A DNA stretch of 64,000 nucleotides from a virus, in IMG/VR virus record IMGVR_UViG_3300046170_000478, positions 1 through 64,000 of that record, one strand, 5' to 3'. A model generated the notes under the pieces. That model did not search any database and had not been told where the DNA came from. It saw nothing but the letters and a program-made list of their open reading frames with translations. Shown in pieces: positions 10,058 through 19,092 of this stretch. Made by a program: the position numbers and the translations under genes. Numbering within the stretch: the stretch's first letter is position 1; every line of letters starts with the position of its first letter.

Positions 10058-10633
10058 TTATGTTTGATTCAAACGAATTTTAAGAAGATCTTCCGACACT
10101 TTTAGATTAATATCTAAAAAATCAAAAATACTTTGGACTCCAGACTTAGTATTTAAGCAGTTTATATCAAAAATTTTAAAGTTATCCATTTTTTCTTGGA
10201 GCTTTTTAGATCTACTGTGATACTCTTCGCAATATAATCTACAAGCTTTTGCTTTGTTATCTATATTATATTTAGGAAAACACTTATCCCAAGTATAATC
10301 TTTCTGCCACTTTAAACCCAAGTGATTCATCCAATGATTTCTGCCGATAGTTTTAATCATGTAGCTATGAACTGTCTCATCAATATTCCTCTGAAGGCAA
10401 ACAAAACGGACATTTTCACAAATCTTATTAAGATCTTCAACCAGATTTAGATACCAAAAAGCAACATCTCCATCTAACTGAGAGCTTTTTAGTAAATTTA
10501 ATCTATCTTTAGCTCGCGCATTCTTCCAGCTAACAACTGGTCCTAATTCGTGGGAGACATTTAATCCAGTTTTTTGTAAAAGTCTGGATAATGAAACGGT
10601 TCCACACCTCCCTGTTCCTAAACCAATAATCAT
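10058..10633 (-). CDS. Sulfotransferase-family (P-loop) protein
   Basis: N-terminal 'IIGLGTGRCGTVSL' PAPS-binding-like loop, plus 'RFVCLQRN...SY'. Confidence 0.7.
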   Translation of the reverse strand: MIIGLGTGRCGTVSLSRLLQKTGLNVSHELGPVVSWKNARAKDRLNLLKSSQLDGDVAFWYLNLVEDLNKICENVRFVCLQRNIDETVHSYMIKTIGRNHWMNHLGLKWQKDYTWDKCFPKYNIDNKAKACRLYCEEYHSRSKKLQEKMDNFKIFDINCLNTKSGVQSIFDFLDINLKVSEDLLKIRLNQT

Positions 10634-10639
10634 AAAAAA

Positions 10640-11410
10640 TTAACTCCAATCACATTCCCAATTAATCAATTGTTCCTTTGTTTTCCTAGGGTATTCTGGT
10701 CTAAAACTAAGGTCATTTGTTGTTATCAACATTCTCTCCTCATCATTAGTGAAGGTATCGTTATTTTTATGTATGCGATACCAATATATCTTCTCTTTTA
10801 GAAAATAACATTTATCTTTGCCAGCCATTTCAGCCATAGGAATATATAAAATTATATCCTGTGGAAACTTAAAGAGTTCACCATCCTTATGTCTTAAGTC
10901 TTTATCTCTGACATTTTTTAACAGAAAATACTTACAAGATCTTAGAGCGCTTATACAAAATGTTTGATTTCTCAATGACTTCTCCCAATCTATTGGAGTT
11001 AAATGGTCTGGGGCGGCTAATTTATAAAAACTTTTTTCTGACGCGACAAAACCTCCATAAGACAACCAATAACCTTGAGAGTATATTTTCTTCAAAAGAC
11101 ATAAGGTATATCTACTACTAAGATAATCGTCCCCATCTAAGCTAACAATCACATCTTCATCATTAAGTTCTGCGTGATTAAGAAAATTACTTGTCTTATT
11201 AAAGACTGCACCCATATTTCTATCATTTTTAATAATTTTTATTCTAGGGTCACCATTAGCTACTTTTGTAGCTACTTCTACAGACCTGTCCATACTTGCG
11301 TCATCAGTAATATACATCTCCCAATCAGTTTGTTTTTGAGATAAGACGCTTTCAATGCACTGACCAATAAAAGATTCGCAATTATAACAAGTAGTTATTA
11401 TTTTAAACAT
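10640..11410 (-). CDS. GT2 glycosyltransferase
   Basis: 'IITTCYNCESFIGQCIESVLSQ', 'DDASMDRS', 'LDGDD'. Confidence 0.9.
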   Translation of the reverse strand: MFKIITTCYNCESFIGQCIESVLSQKQTDWEMYITDDASMDRSVEVATKVANGDPRIKIIKNDRNMGAVFNKTSNFLNHAELNDEDVIVSLDGDDYLSSRYTLCLLKKIYSQGYWLSYGGFVASEKSFYKLAAPDHLTPIDWEKSLRNQTFCISALRSCKYFLLKNVRDKDLRHKDGELFKFPQDIILYIPMAEMAGKDKCYFLKEKIYWYRIHKNNDTFTNDEERMLITTNDLSFRPEYPRKTKEQLINWECDWS

Positions 11411-11425
11411 TTTTCCAATAATATT

Positions 11426-12139
11426 TTATATGTTGTGTCCTAATTTTCGTAGTAGGTCGAGGTATTTTTTAGATTCTATGTATCTCACTTTATGTTTGTC
11501 AGATTCAACAGTGTTACCTGCAAAATGGAAGACATATGGCAAACTATTTAATTTAAGCAAGATCTCCCTCTCATGACTTTTGGAATGTTGCAATCTTCGG
11601 TAAGGTAGAATTTTTGATATTTTTCTAATATCGTCCACATCATCTTTATAAAACCCTCTAACGAGAGCTTGGTCTTCTATCCAGTTTGTTCTCGGACATA
11701 AATAACCATCCCTTACCACAGATCCGCAGTATTTATCTTTTAATTCATTTGAATGAGTCCACTTTTCTATAATACTAATAACCCTCTCTGTATTCTTAAA
11801 GATTGCAACACCTGTATTTATTGCTGGGGGGTTGAATTTTATCTCATCTTCACCAAATATAATCTCTTTTTTATATTTATTGATTAAATCAGTTATTGGG
11901 GGAGAAACATTGTAAAAAAAGGCATCTGAATCTATCCATACTATATAATCATATTTTTTGATATATTTAAGTATAAAAGGATATCTTTCCCAATGACAGC
12001 TTCTCGTTTTGTAAAACCTATCTGAAGATTTTATCAAGTCATAACCATATTTATCACAATAAATTTTATTTATCTTATAGCAATTATCACCATAAGATTT
12101 AAATTTATCATCATACCACATTAAAACCGCAATTTTCAT
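11426..12139 (-). CDS. GT34-like (GMA12/MNN10) glycosyltransferase
   Basis: 'YCDKYGYDL', 'WER', 'WIDSDA', 'INTGV', 'EDQ', 'HFAG'. Confidence 0.75.
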   Translation of the reverse strand: MKIAVLMWYDDKFKSYGDNCYKINKIYCDKYGYDLIKSSDRFYKTRSCHWERYPFILKYIKKYDYIVWIDSDAFFYNVSPPITDLINKYKKEIIFGEDEIKFNPPAINTGVAIFKNTERVISIIEKWTHSNELKDKYCGSVVRDGYLCPRTNWIEDQALVRGFYKDDVDDIRKISKILPYRRLQHSKSHEREILLKLNSLPYVFHFAGNTVESDKHKVRYIESKKYLDLLRKLGHNI

Positions 12140-12205
12140 ATTTATTTTTGGCCTAGGATGAAGGCAAAAGAGCCAAATATAGGGGTAATATTTTTTTATA
12201 AAAAA

Positions 12206-12376
12206 TCATTTACCGAAAAACTTTTTGATTTTATTTTTTAACGAAATTTTAGTTTTTATTTTTTCATCTTCAGCTGATTTAAAATGATTTTTAAATCCGA
12301 ACATCTGACGCAATCTTTCTGATTGCTTGGGATCTAGATTTACGTCAAATTTAATTTCGTTATTTTCTTTTTTCAT
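12206..12376 (-). CDS. Small hypothetical protein
   Basis: Likely starts at MKKENNEIKF, overlapping the 3' end of the DUF1599 gene. Confidence 0.45.
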   Translation of the reverse strand: MKKENNEIKFDVNLDPKQSERLRQMFGFKNHFKSAEDEKIKTKISLKNKIKKFFGK

Positions 12377-12698
12377 CTGTTTCTTTACGGGTTTGCATGA
12401 GCATGGCCTTAGCAAGAATCGCGTAATTGACAATATCATCACAAGCATCTTCAACACTTTCGTTTGCTACTTTAAGTTCCTTGTCGTTTGTGAAAGATCT
12501 GATTCTTTGGATTTTATCTATTACCCTAAGGAGTAATCCTTGTACAGGGTCGATTCCAAGAACAGATGCAGCGTTGAAATTTGCGAAGGGATCTTGAGAA
12601 GTTTTGCCTCCTGTATAGTCATTATTTTTTTGTTTCATAATATCTCTACAAGTATCGCAGGTTTGTTTATGTAATTTGAGTAGTTCTTCAGTTGTCAT
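12360..12698 (-). CDS. DUF1599 / nucleotide-modification-associated (all-alpha NTP pyrophosphatase-like) protein
   Basis: 'KNNDY...DPFANF...RVIDKIQRI...ESVEDACDDIVNYAIL'. Confidence 0.75.
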   Translation of the reverse strand: MTTEELLKLHKQTCDTCRDIMKQKNNDYTGGKTSQDPFANFNAASVLGIDPVQGLLLRVIDKIQRIRSFTNDKELKVANESVEDACDDIVNYAILAKAMLMQTRKETDEKRK

Positions 12699-12936
12699 AA
12701 TCTGTTTTTTTGTTTTTCATTCTTTGTATATGTCTTTCCCATATGTCTTTCGGTTGAGCTTTCTCTTCAACGCTCTTTAGCCAGTTATATAGGGACTGAT
12801 GATACATTATGTGCGGGATAAGCACAATGGATTTTAACAAGTTGACTAGGCCATAAAACAATCCCATGGGGACTCCTATGATGATCGACCCGAAAAAAAG
12901 CACTGTTTTACCTGTAAGGTATTTATATCTCTGCAT
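12688..12936 (-). CDS. Small membrane protein
   Basis: Hydrophobic N-terminal half. Upstream TTGACT-16-TATAAT, 8 nt before the ATG. Confidence 0.6.
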   Translation of the reverse strand: MQRYKYLTGKTVLFFGSIIIGVPMGLFYGLVNLLKSIVLIPHIMYHQSLYNWLKSVEEKAQPKDIWERHIQRMKNKKTDYDN

Positions 12937-13031
12937 CTGCCAGTATTATACTCAAAAAGTATTGTAAGTCAATAGGTTTTTTTTTCATAAAAAAGGCTTG
13001 CAAAGCTGGAGATAGTTGTTAAAGTTCAATT

Positions 13032-13970
13032 ATGTCAACGATCAATAGTATCTTCAAAGACGCAATCGGGCAGGAGTCAGTTAAACGAACCTTGAGTATC
13101 TACATAGACGCTTACAAGAAGACTGATCGCCTTCCATTTCTCAATCTAACTACTCAGAAAGGAGGAGGGAAGACCTTTTTCGCGAGAAAGTTCAGAGAGG
13201 CTCTGCGTGGAAGCAGTGGCTCTAAGCCACCAATGCTAGAAGTCAATGGGAAAACAATCAGGAATGCGACCAGCTTCTTTGAGCAAATCTATCCAGTTTG
13301 GGTGGAGCACAGTGCCTTTCTATTTATTGACGAGGGCCATAACTTACCTAAAGATCTCCAACAGATCTTTCTTTCTGTTTTGAACATTGATAAAAATCCT
13401 GTCAGGAGGGTAGAGCATGAAGGAGGTTCTTATGAGTTTGATTTTAAAAAGTTGACTTTTTGCATGGCCACAACCGACCAACAAAAATTAGCTGAACCTT
13501 TGAGAGATCGACTCAGAGATATTGCTTTTGAAGAATACGGGGAAGATGAGTTATTTGATATATTCCAAGACAATCTGGACGAGACAGTAAAAATCGATGA
13601 TTCAGCGAAAGCAGATTTAATCTCTTGTTTTCGTGGTAACCCAAGAGATGCTGTTGTCAAAGCCGAGGATTTAAAAACTTATGTAGCCGCTAGCGGAGTC
13701 AAGAATATTACCAAGAAAGTTTGGAATGACTTCTGCAATTCAATGGGAGTTAAGAAATTTGGATTGACAGCCTCAGAGGTTAGTATCGTCAAGGCTCTAG
13801 GTAAACGTGGTGCGATGTCCCTTACTGGATTGGCTTCTGTTACAGGATTCCAGAAGGGAGCTATCCAGAGAGACTACGAAGGGATGTTAGTCAAGAAGAG
13901 TTTGATTAAAATAGATACCAAAAGAGAATTGACAAAAAAAGGTCTTGATCTAGCTAAGCAGATTTCATAA
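13032..13970 (+). CDS. ruvB: RuvB-like Holliday junction branch-migration AAA+ ATPase
   Basis: 'IGQESVK', Walker A 'GGGKT', Walker B 'LFIDEGH', 'ATT...L.EPLRDR', 'RGNPR', C-terminal winged-helix-like region. Upstream TTGCAA-16-TAAAGT-6-ATG. Confidence 0.85.
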   Translation: MSTINSIFKDAIGQESVKRTLSIYIDAYKKTDRLPFLNLTTQKGGGKTFFARKFREALRGSSGSKPPMLEVNGKTIRNATSFFEQIYPVWVEHSAFLFIDEGHNLPKDLQQIFLSVLNIDKNPVRRVEHEGGSYEFDFKKLTFCMATTDQQKLAEPLRDRLRDIAFEEYGEDELFDIFQDNLDETVKIDDSAKADLISCFRGNPRDAVVKAEDLKTYVAASGVKNITKKVWNDFCNSMGVKKFGLTASEVSIVKALGKRGAMSLTGLASVTGFQKGAIQRDYEGMLVKKSLIKIDTKRELTKKGLDLAKQIS

Positions 13971-13980
13971 TATATATTAT

Positions 13981-14286
13981 ATGAGTTATAAGCCAACAGA
14001 ATTGACCATAGCTGGTCAAAAATTCTCTGTAGTATATAAATCTATGGAGGAATATGGCGAATTGCATTTTGACAAGAAAAAAATCTATATTTCCAACCGC
14101 ATAAAAGGCCAATTTCTTTTTGATACGATTGTTCACGAAGCTTTCCACGCAATGCTTGCAATTAGTGGGCTTTCTTATATTCTGGAAGATTGCCACGAGC
14201 AATTAGAAGAAGCTTTGGTTAGAGCGTACGAAAATATATTGACTCCATTTATAAATGAGCAGAGAGAAGAGTTCTCAAAAAAGTGA
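13981..14286 (+). CDS. HEXXH zincin-like metallopeptidase domain protein
   Basis: 'YGELHFDKKKIYI...TIVHEAFHA...EEALV'. Confidence 0.65.
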   Translation: MSYKPTELTIAGQKFSVVYKSMEEYGELHFDKKKIYISNRIKGQFLFDTIVHEAFHAMLAISGLSYILEDCHEQLEEALVRAYENILTPFINEQREEFSKK

Positions 14287-14339
14287 ATTTTTATTCAAAA
14301 AAAGGTTGACTCAACTTAGATTTACCATACACTATGAAC

Positions 14340-14537
14340 ATGAACTTAAAAGTTACCATTGATATCGATGGCACACCCCACACAAAGGAGTTGTCAACTA
14401 CAGAATCACTAGCTCACATTTTTGTCATCGATGCTCTACAAGAGATCCTCCTTGAAGCAGGGATTATCGACGAAGGTAATATGCTAGAGGTAATTGATTC
14501 AGACCAATCTAAACTGCTAGAAGGAGCAGGATACTAA
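14340..14537 (+). CDS. Hypothetical protein
   Basis: ORF. TTGACT-16-TACACT lies 6 nt before the second ATG (14340). Confidence 0.6.
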   Translation: MNLKVTIDIDGTPHTKELSTTESLAHIFVIDALQEILLEAGIIDEGNMLEVIDSDQSKLLEGAGY

Positions 14538-14556
14538 CCTAAACAAAAAAAATAAA

Positions 14557-14775
14557 ATGGCTACAAGAGGAAGACCAAGAGGAGCAAAATCATTCGCGAA
14601 CATTGACATGGAAACGCTTAATGCATATTTTGGCTCAAAGCAACACATTCCAGTAAGTAGGGTGTGGTTAGAAAAGATGAATATCCAAATTTCGGAAAGC
14701 AAACCTAATGTGGTCGAGTCTTCAGCTCAACCTACAGTTGATTCAGCTCCAATAGAATTTAAAATTACAGAATAA
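14557..14775 (+). CDS. Small protein with AT-hook-like RGRPRG motif
   Basis: N-terminal MATRGRPRG. Confidence 0.6.
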   Translation: MATRGRPRGAKSFANIDMETLNAYFGSKQHIPVSRVWLEKMNIQISESKPNVVESSAQPTVDSAPIEFKITE

Positions 14776-14984
14776 TGATAGAAGATAAGTGGATTAACTT
14801 CGTCCTTTTAAATGGATGGAGAATAAAAGCAGAGGTTGATGAAGCTACGGGAGACTTAGTTCTTCTGATCAGCAATGAAAAAGGTAAAGTCGGCTATGAG
14901 AATAGCAATATTTTAGATATTCATGTGGAGCCTCCGAAAAGAAAAGAAATCAAAGAAGTTTACCAATTAGAAGAAAATGGATAA
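14775..14984 (+). CDS. Hypothetical protein
   Basis: Translationally coupled ORF. Confidence 0.6.
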   Translation: MIEDKWINFVLLNGWRIKAEVDEATGDLVLLISNEKGKVGYENSNILDIHVEPPKRKEIKEVYQLEENG

Positions 14985-15165
14985 AATAACAGACTACGTT
15001 GTGTTTGACAAAAAAGATCGTTGGATGGGTGGGTACTCTACTGATTTAGATGATTTACATGGGACTTCAGCAATGGATATGGCAATCATAAATGCTCAAC
15101 ATTGTAATGGAAAGGTCTTTGAAGTCTCTGAAAACGGGGATAAGAAAATAGTATACCCTAAGTGA
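14977..15165 (+). CDS. Hypothetical protein
   Basis: Overlapping ORF in the operon. Confidence 0.6.
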   Translation: MDKITDYVVFDKKDRWMGGYSTDLDDLHGTSAMDMAIINAQHCNGKVFEVSENGDKKIVYPK

Positions 15166-15395
15166 TTATTCAAATGAATCCGACTTTATATGATATGCTT
15201 TTGTGTCAAGCAAGGGCCGAAAAATCCAAGGCTCTTCTTACTTTAGAGATCCTTTCTGAGAAACCAGCAGGAATCGGAGATCACTCAACCTCTGATTTTT
15301 ATGATAATGCAAACGAAGCACTGGAAGCTTTGGCCTCTGCAGATGACAAAATTGATGCTTTGATTAACTATTATTCAAATCCAATTAAAGAATAG
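15162..15395 (+). CDS. Conserved phage hypothetical protein
   Basis: 'AGIGDHS...ASADDK' helical pattern seen in aquatic phages. Confidence 0.65.
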   Translation: MIIQMNPTLYDMLLCQARAEKSKALLTLEILSEKPAGIGDHSTSDFYDNANEALEALASADDKIDALINYYSNPIKE

Positions 15396-15431
15396 TGTTG
15401 ACTTTGAATTTAAATTAATTAAAATAAACCC

Positions 15432-15929
15432 ATGAACATATTCTTCCTTGATTCTGACCCAGAAGTTGCTGCCAAACAACAATGTGACAAACATTGTGTC
15501 AAGATGATTCTTGAATCTACTCAGCTTCTTTGTACCGCTTTCTGGATGCAAGATATAGAAGCTCCCTATAAGAAGACTCATTATAATCATCCATCTGCGA
15601 TTTGGGCGAGAGAATCAAAGGCTAATTTCCAATGGTTAGTCAAGCATACAGCGGCTTTATTTTGTGAGTATACGAAAAGATATGGCAAGGTCCACAAGAG
15701 TGCAGATACTTTTATTTGGATTCTAGAAAATAGACACAAGTTGAACTTTGATAAAGAAGATCTGACAGAGTTCGCGATTGCTATTGCTGAAAATCAGCGT
15801 TGTCGCCAACTGAAAAATTTTGACTCACTGAATGCGGTTGAGAAATATAGAGAATATTATTGCTATGATAAATCTTATATGGCAAAATGGAATTACAGTG
15901 CAACTCCAGACTGGTATAAAGTAAAATGA
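15432..15929 (+). CDS. Pyrimidine-dimer DNA glycosylase (endonuclease V-like)
   Basis: 'MNIFFLD...DKHCVKMILESTQLL...THYNHPSAIWARES..NF.WL'. Upstream TTGACT-16-TAAAAT-6-ATG. Confidence 0.8.
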   Translation: MNIFFLDSDPEVAAKQQCDKHCVKMILESTQLLCTAFWMQDIEAPYKKTHYNHPSAIWARESKANFQWLVKHTAALFCEYTKRYGKVHKSADTFIWILENRHKLNFDKEDLTEFAIAIAENQRCRQLKNFDSLNAVEKYREYYCYDKSYMAKWNYSATPDWYKVK

Positions 15930-16297
15930 AATACAAAGAACTTAGTGAATTAGTGATCGAGTGGGGTAGAGCCAAAGGGATTTTTGATGCATCTACTCCA
16001 TTACGTCAATTAGATAAGACGCAAGAAGAGCTTGAAGAGACGAAAGACGCTTTAAGTAAGTTAAATGCTTTTGATTACCAGCGAGACCTTATGGAAGACC
16101 TTGGAGTACCCGCTCCAAGTGAAGAGGATATACTCGCAGAAGTAAAAGATGGCATTGGAGATATGTTGGTGACAATTATATTGTTAGCTGAGATGGTTGA
16201 GCTTGATACTACCGATTGTCTCAATGAAGCTTACAATGTGATTAAATGTCGGACTGGCAAAATGATCGATGGACAATTTGTAAAAGATAAATCATGA
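15926..16297 (+). CDS. MazG-like NTP pyrophosphohydrolase
   Basis: 'KTQEELEE...VKDGIGDMLVT...CLNEAYNVIK.RTGKMIDGQFVK'. Confidence 0.8.
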   Translation: MKYKELSELVIEWGRAKGIFDASTPLRQLDKTQEELEETKDALSKLNAFDYQRDLMEDLGVPAPSEEDILAEVKDGIGDMLVTIILLAEMVELDTTDCLNEAYNVIKCRTGKMIDGQFVKDKS

Positions 16298-16422
16298 AAA
16301 AAGGAAACAATTACGAGAAGAAAAAGACAATTAAAAGGCGCGGAATCCATGCTAAAAGTGGAACATCTAAGCTTAAAACGTCAAAAAATTACAAAAAACC
16401 TTATAAGGGTCAAGGTAGATAA
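16294..16422 (+). CDS. Small basic protein (42 aa, C-terminal YKGQGR); not in the ORF track
   Basis: MKKGNNYEKKKTIKRRGIHAKSGTSKLKTSKNYKKPYKGQGR, with an ATGA overlap with the MazG gene. Confidence 0.7.
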   Translation: MKKGNNYEKKKTIKRRGIHAKSGTSKLKTSKNYKKPYKGQGR

Positions 16423-16460
16423 TAGTGGATCTTCATTAAATTTATACATAGAATAATATT

Positions 16461-17807
16461 ATGGACAACTCAAAATTATCTAAGGTTATTGATTCCTTGG
16501 AGTCAGCTACGACAGAATTAAAATCATTGCTAGATACTCCTTCTACTACGGAGGCCGACAATGTTGGAGTCGGATCTTCCAGCGTGGGCGTTGGATCTTC
16601 CAGCGTGGGCGTTGGATCTTCCAGCGTGGGCGTTGGATCTTCCAGCGTGGGCGTTGGATCTTCCAGCGTGGGCGTTGGATCTTCCAGCGTGGGCGTTGGA
16701 TCTTCCAGCGTGGGCGTTGGATCTTCCAGCGTGGGCGTTGGGTCTTCAACAACCGACTCAAAATCTAGCCCTAGTTTTTTTTTGGATGGCTCACCCCCAT
16801 CTTGGCCGCGCTTAAAGTATTTAAGCGGAAGGATTGACGGTAACTTAACTAAGACGCGAACCTTGGCTGCAGATGATTTTGGGATTCTTCATTCTTTAGG
16901 TTATAAATCTGATTTCCATATCAAGACTGATGCAGTATTAGACAATATTACTAGGGAAACTACGGGATATAAGGGTTTTATTGGCAATGTCGAGGCTTCT
17001 GATGGTTATACTTATTTTTTACCAGCATATTCAAATTCTGTAGGTAAGTTAAAAAGGTCTACGGGAGAGATTACTTTAGAAAATAAATTTAGTTCCTGTC
17101 CTCAAATTAGATCTGGAGCAGAAGGAGCAAATGGTATTATTTATATGCCCTCTTATACTAAAACCTTAAAGATTTATACTTTAAATACTAAGACTGGGCA
17201 GATTGGATCATTTACTCCTCCTAAAATAGGATTCTTTAGTCATGTGTGGGGGGCCGCTTCAGATGACGAAGGTAATATTTATATGCCTCCAGCTTTAGGT
17301 AATAAAATTCTCAAAATAGACAAGAATGGCACGACCCTCTTGTTAGATGGAAAGCCTATTACATCTGGAGTTTCTGGGTTCAGTGTCAAATATGTCGGAG
17401 CAACATATGTTGAGAGTGTCCACAAGGTATTTTGTCTTCCGAGAACGGGCAAGAAGATTTTGATTATTAATTGTGCAGATGATTCTTATGAGGAGATTGA
17501 TTTACCAGCAGAATATTTGAAGGTAGCTAATAAAAATAAAAACTTTCACGGTTTCCTTGCTCCTGACGGATGGCTTTATAGTGCATTCTGGGGAGATACC
17601 AAGTGCTTTAGAGTGAATCCACTTACTTATGAGATCCAATGGAAAGATTATGAATATGAATTTATGGACGGCCAATCATCAGTAAAAGAGGGATCTGGAA
17701 TCATGAGTTTGGGAACGGGTTATTCTACTTGTGCTTTAGTTCGGGATAAAGACGTTTATCTGGGCCTTGCGGGAACCAGTAGGGCTGTAAAGCTTGAATT
17801 TGAATGA
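16461..17807 (+). CDS. Beta-propeller-like protein with an N-terminal (VGVGSSS)n linker
   Basis: Repeated 'G....DG.IY..P' blades (ASDGYTYFLP, GANGIIYMPS, DEGNIYMPP, APDGWLYS). Confidence 0.7.
   Translation: MDNSKLSKVIDSLESATTELKSLLDTPSTTEADNVGVGSSSVGVGSSSVGVGSSSVGVGSSSVGVGSSSVGVGSSSVGVGSSSVGVGSSSVGVGSSTTDSKSSPSFFLDGSPPSWPRLKYLSGRIDGNLTKTRTLAADDFGILHSLGYKSDFHIKTDAVLDNITRETTGYKGFIGNVEASDGYTYFLPAYSNSVGKLKRSTGEITLENKFSSCPQIRSGAEGANGIIYMPSYTKTLKIYTLNTKTGQIGSFTPPKIGFFSHVWGAASDDEGNIYMPPALGNKILKIDKNGTTLLLDGKPITSGVSGFSVKYVGATYVESVHKVFCLPRTGKKILIINCADDSYEEIDLPAEYLKVANKNKNFHGFLAPDGWLYSAFWGDTKCFRVNPLTYEIQWKDYEYEFMDGQSSVKEGSGIMSLGTGYSTCALVRDKDVYLGLAGTSRAVKLEFE
16572..16739 (+). repeat. Perfect 21-bp tandem repeat x8 (GGATCTTCCAGCGTGGGCGTT)
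   Basis: Eight identical units counted directly; in frame in the propeller gene. Confidence 0.95.
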
Positions 17808-18016
17808 AAAACTACAGACAAGTATATTTAATTGTTAAAGACAGGAGCTTCAAGTATGAAGCGATAGCTAATATACCAGAGTTCAATAATCAAGAAGAAG
17901 CTTTGGTCTATTGGGAGTATAATAAAGAATCAATAAAAGATTGCAATTTCTATGATGACCCTATAGCTATTGTCAGGAAGGAAACAAACATTGTAAAAGT
18001 ACAAACCTTAAATTAA
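17804..18016 (+). CDS. Hypothetical protein
   Basis: ATGA-coupled ORF. Confidence 0.6.
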   Translation: MKNYRQVYLIVKDRSFKYEAIANIPEFNNQEEALVYWEYNKESIKDCNFYDDPIAIVRKETNIVKVQTLN

Positions 18017-18019
18017 AAA

Positions 18020-18439
18020 ATGAAAAATACATTATTATTCGCATTCGCGTCCCTACCCCTTTGGGCTTGGGCAAGTTGGAAGGTCTTCCAAGACCCGATC
18101 ATTACAGTAGAGGTTGAAGAAAAAGTTGTTCAGCCAGAAAAAGTAGAAGCTTGCGTCTCTTTGACTAAATGGCAGGTACAGAAGATGTTGAATTACTTCT
18201 CAGAAGATCACCCTTCAGAGATGCAAACATTTAAAACAGTAGTTAAACGAGAAGCCAATGGTTGGCGTATCTCCTCGACACACTTAGCAAAGGGAGCAGA
18301 GAAGTATCCCCTCCCAAATGGGAGTTTTTTCGTAATAGATGCCTCTTATATCGACCATTCTGGTGATTTTAAGTCTTGCATTAATTACGCACACAGTTAT
18401 AAAGATAATCACGAATACATTGTAGTAACAGCAAAATGA
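18020..18439 (+). CDS. Hypothetical secreted or membrane-anchored protein
   Basis: N-terminal hydrophobic signal-like segment. Confidence 0.6.
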   Translation: MKNTLLFAFASLPLWAWASWKVFQDPIITVEVEEKVVQPEKVEACVSLTKWQVQKMLNYFSEDHPSEMQTFKTVVKREANGWRISSTHLAKGAEKYPLPNGSFFVIDASYIDHSGDFKSCINYAHSYKDNHEYIVVTAK

Positions 18440-18642
18440 AATTGACATACGAACCAACGACAGATAACTGGTCTTCTAAGAAAGATCCAAAATTTATGCA
18501 AAGCACACTGAGTCTCGAGCATCCAATGGATGACATGACCCTGACAGACTTCATGGACACCATGGTTGTCCCTATGCTTTTATCTATGGGTTACTCTCAA
18601 GTAAGCATAAATAGTGTGATTGACACAGATGAAGATCATTAA
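18436..18642 (+). CDS. Hypothetical protein
   Basis: ATGA-coupled ORF. Confidence 0.6.
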   Translation: MKLTYEPTTDNWSSKKDPKFMQSTLSLEHPMDDMTLTDFMDTMVVPMLLSMGYSQVSINSVIDTDEDH

Positions 18643-18654
18643 AATTAATTTAAA

Positions 18655-19092
18655 ATGAATAAATTACTCAAAATATCATTTGTTTGCTTGCTTATCAGTC
18701 TTCTCTTTAAATTTGGAGTAGACATGTACCTTGAAAGGGGAGCAGATTATCCAGAAGGCCCGACAGTGGACGGAGAAGAATTGTATGTTGATTCTGCGAC
18801 AAATACATTTTATACAGCCCCAGAAATGGTAGAAAAGAATTTATTTTCTGGAACCTCCGTAAGGCTTCATATTAATGGAGAGACCTCGGTGAAGGCTGGG
18901 ATACACAATGGAAAACTTCATGGTCCCTTTGATAGTTGGTATGAGAATGGGCAAAAGCAAATGTCTCTTATCTGGTATAATGGAGTTAAATTCCGCAACT
19001 TTAGAGCTTACTTGTCAAATGGGGATGAAATTGAGGGGGATGGCAATGAGTTAGGGCGTAAGGTATTCTCTGGAGAAATAGTCCTTCAATAA
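18655..19092 (+). CDS. Membrane-anchored MORN-variant repeat protein
   Basis: N-terminal TM segment; 'GKLHGPFDSWYENGQKQ' MORN_2-like repeat. Confidence 0.6.
   Translation: MNKLLKISFVCLLISLLFKFGVDMYLERGADYPEGPTVDGEELYVDSATNTFYTAPEMVEKNLFSGTSVRLHINGETSVKAGIHNGKLHGPFDSWYENGQKQMSLIWYNGVKFRNFRAYLSNGDEIEGDGNELGRKVFSGEIVLQ

Noticed and set aside
16546-16815. Alternative-frame repeat ORFs (QRPRWKI)n and (LPAWALD)n
   Set aside because: By-products of the stop-free 21-bp repeat.
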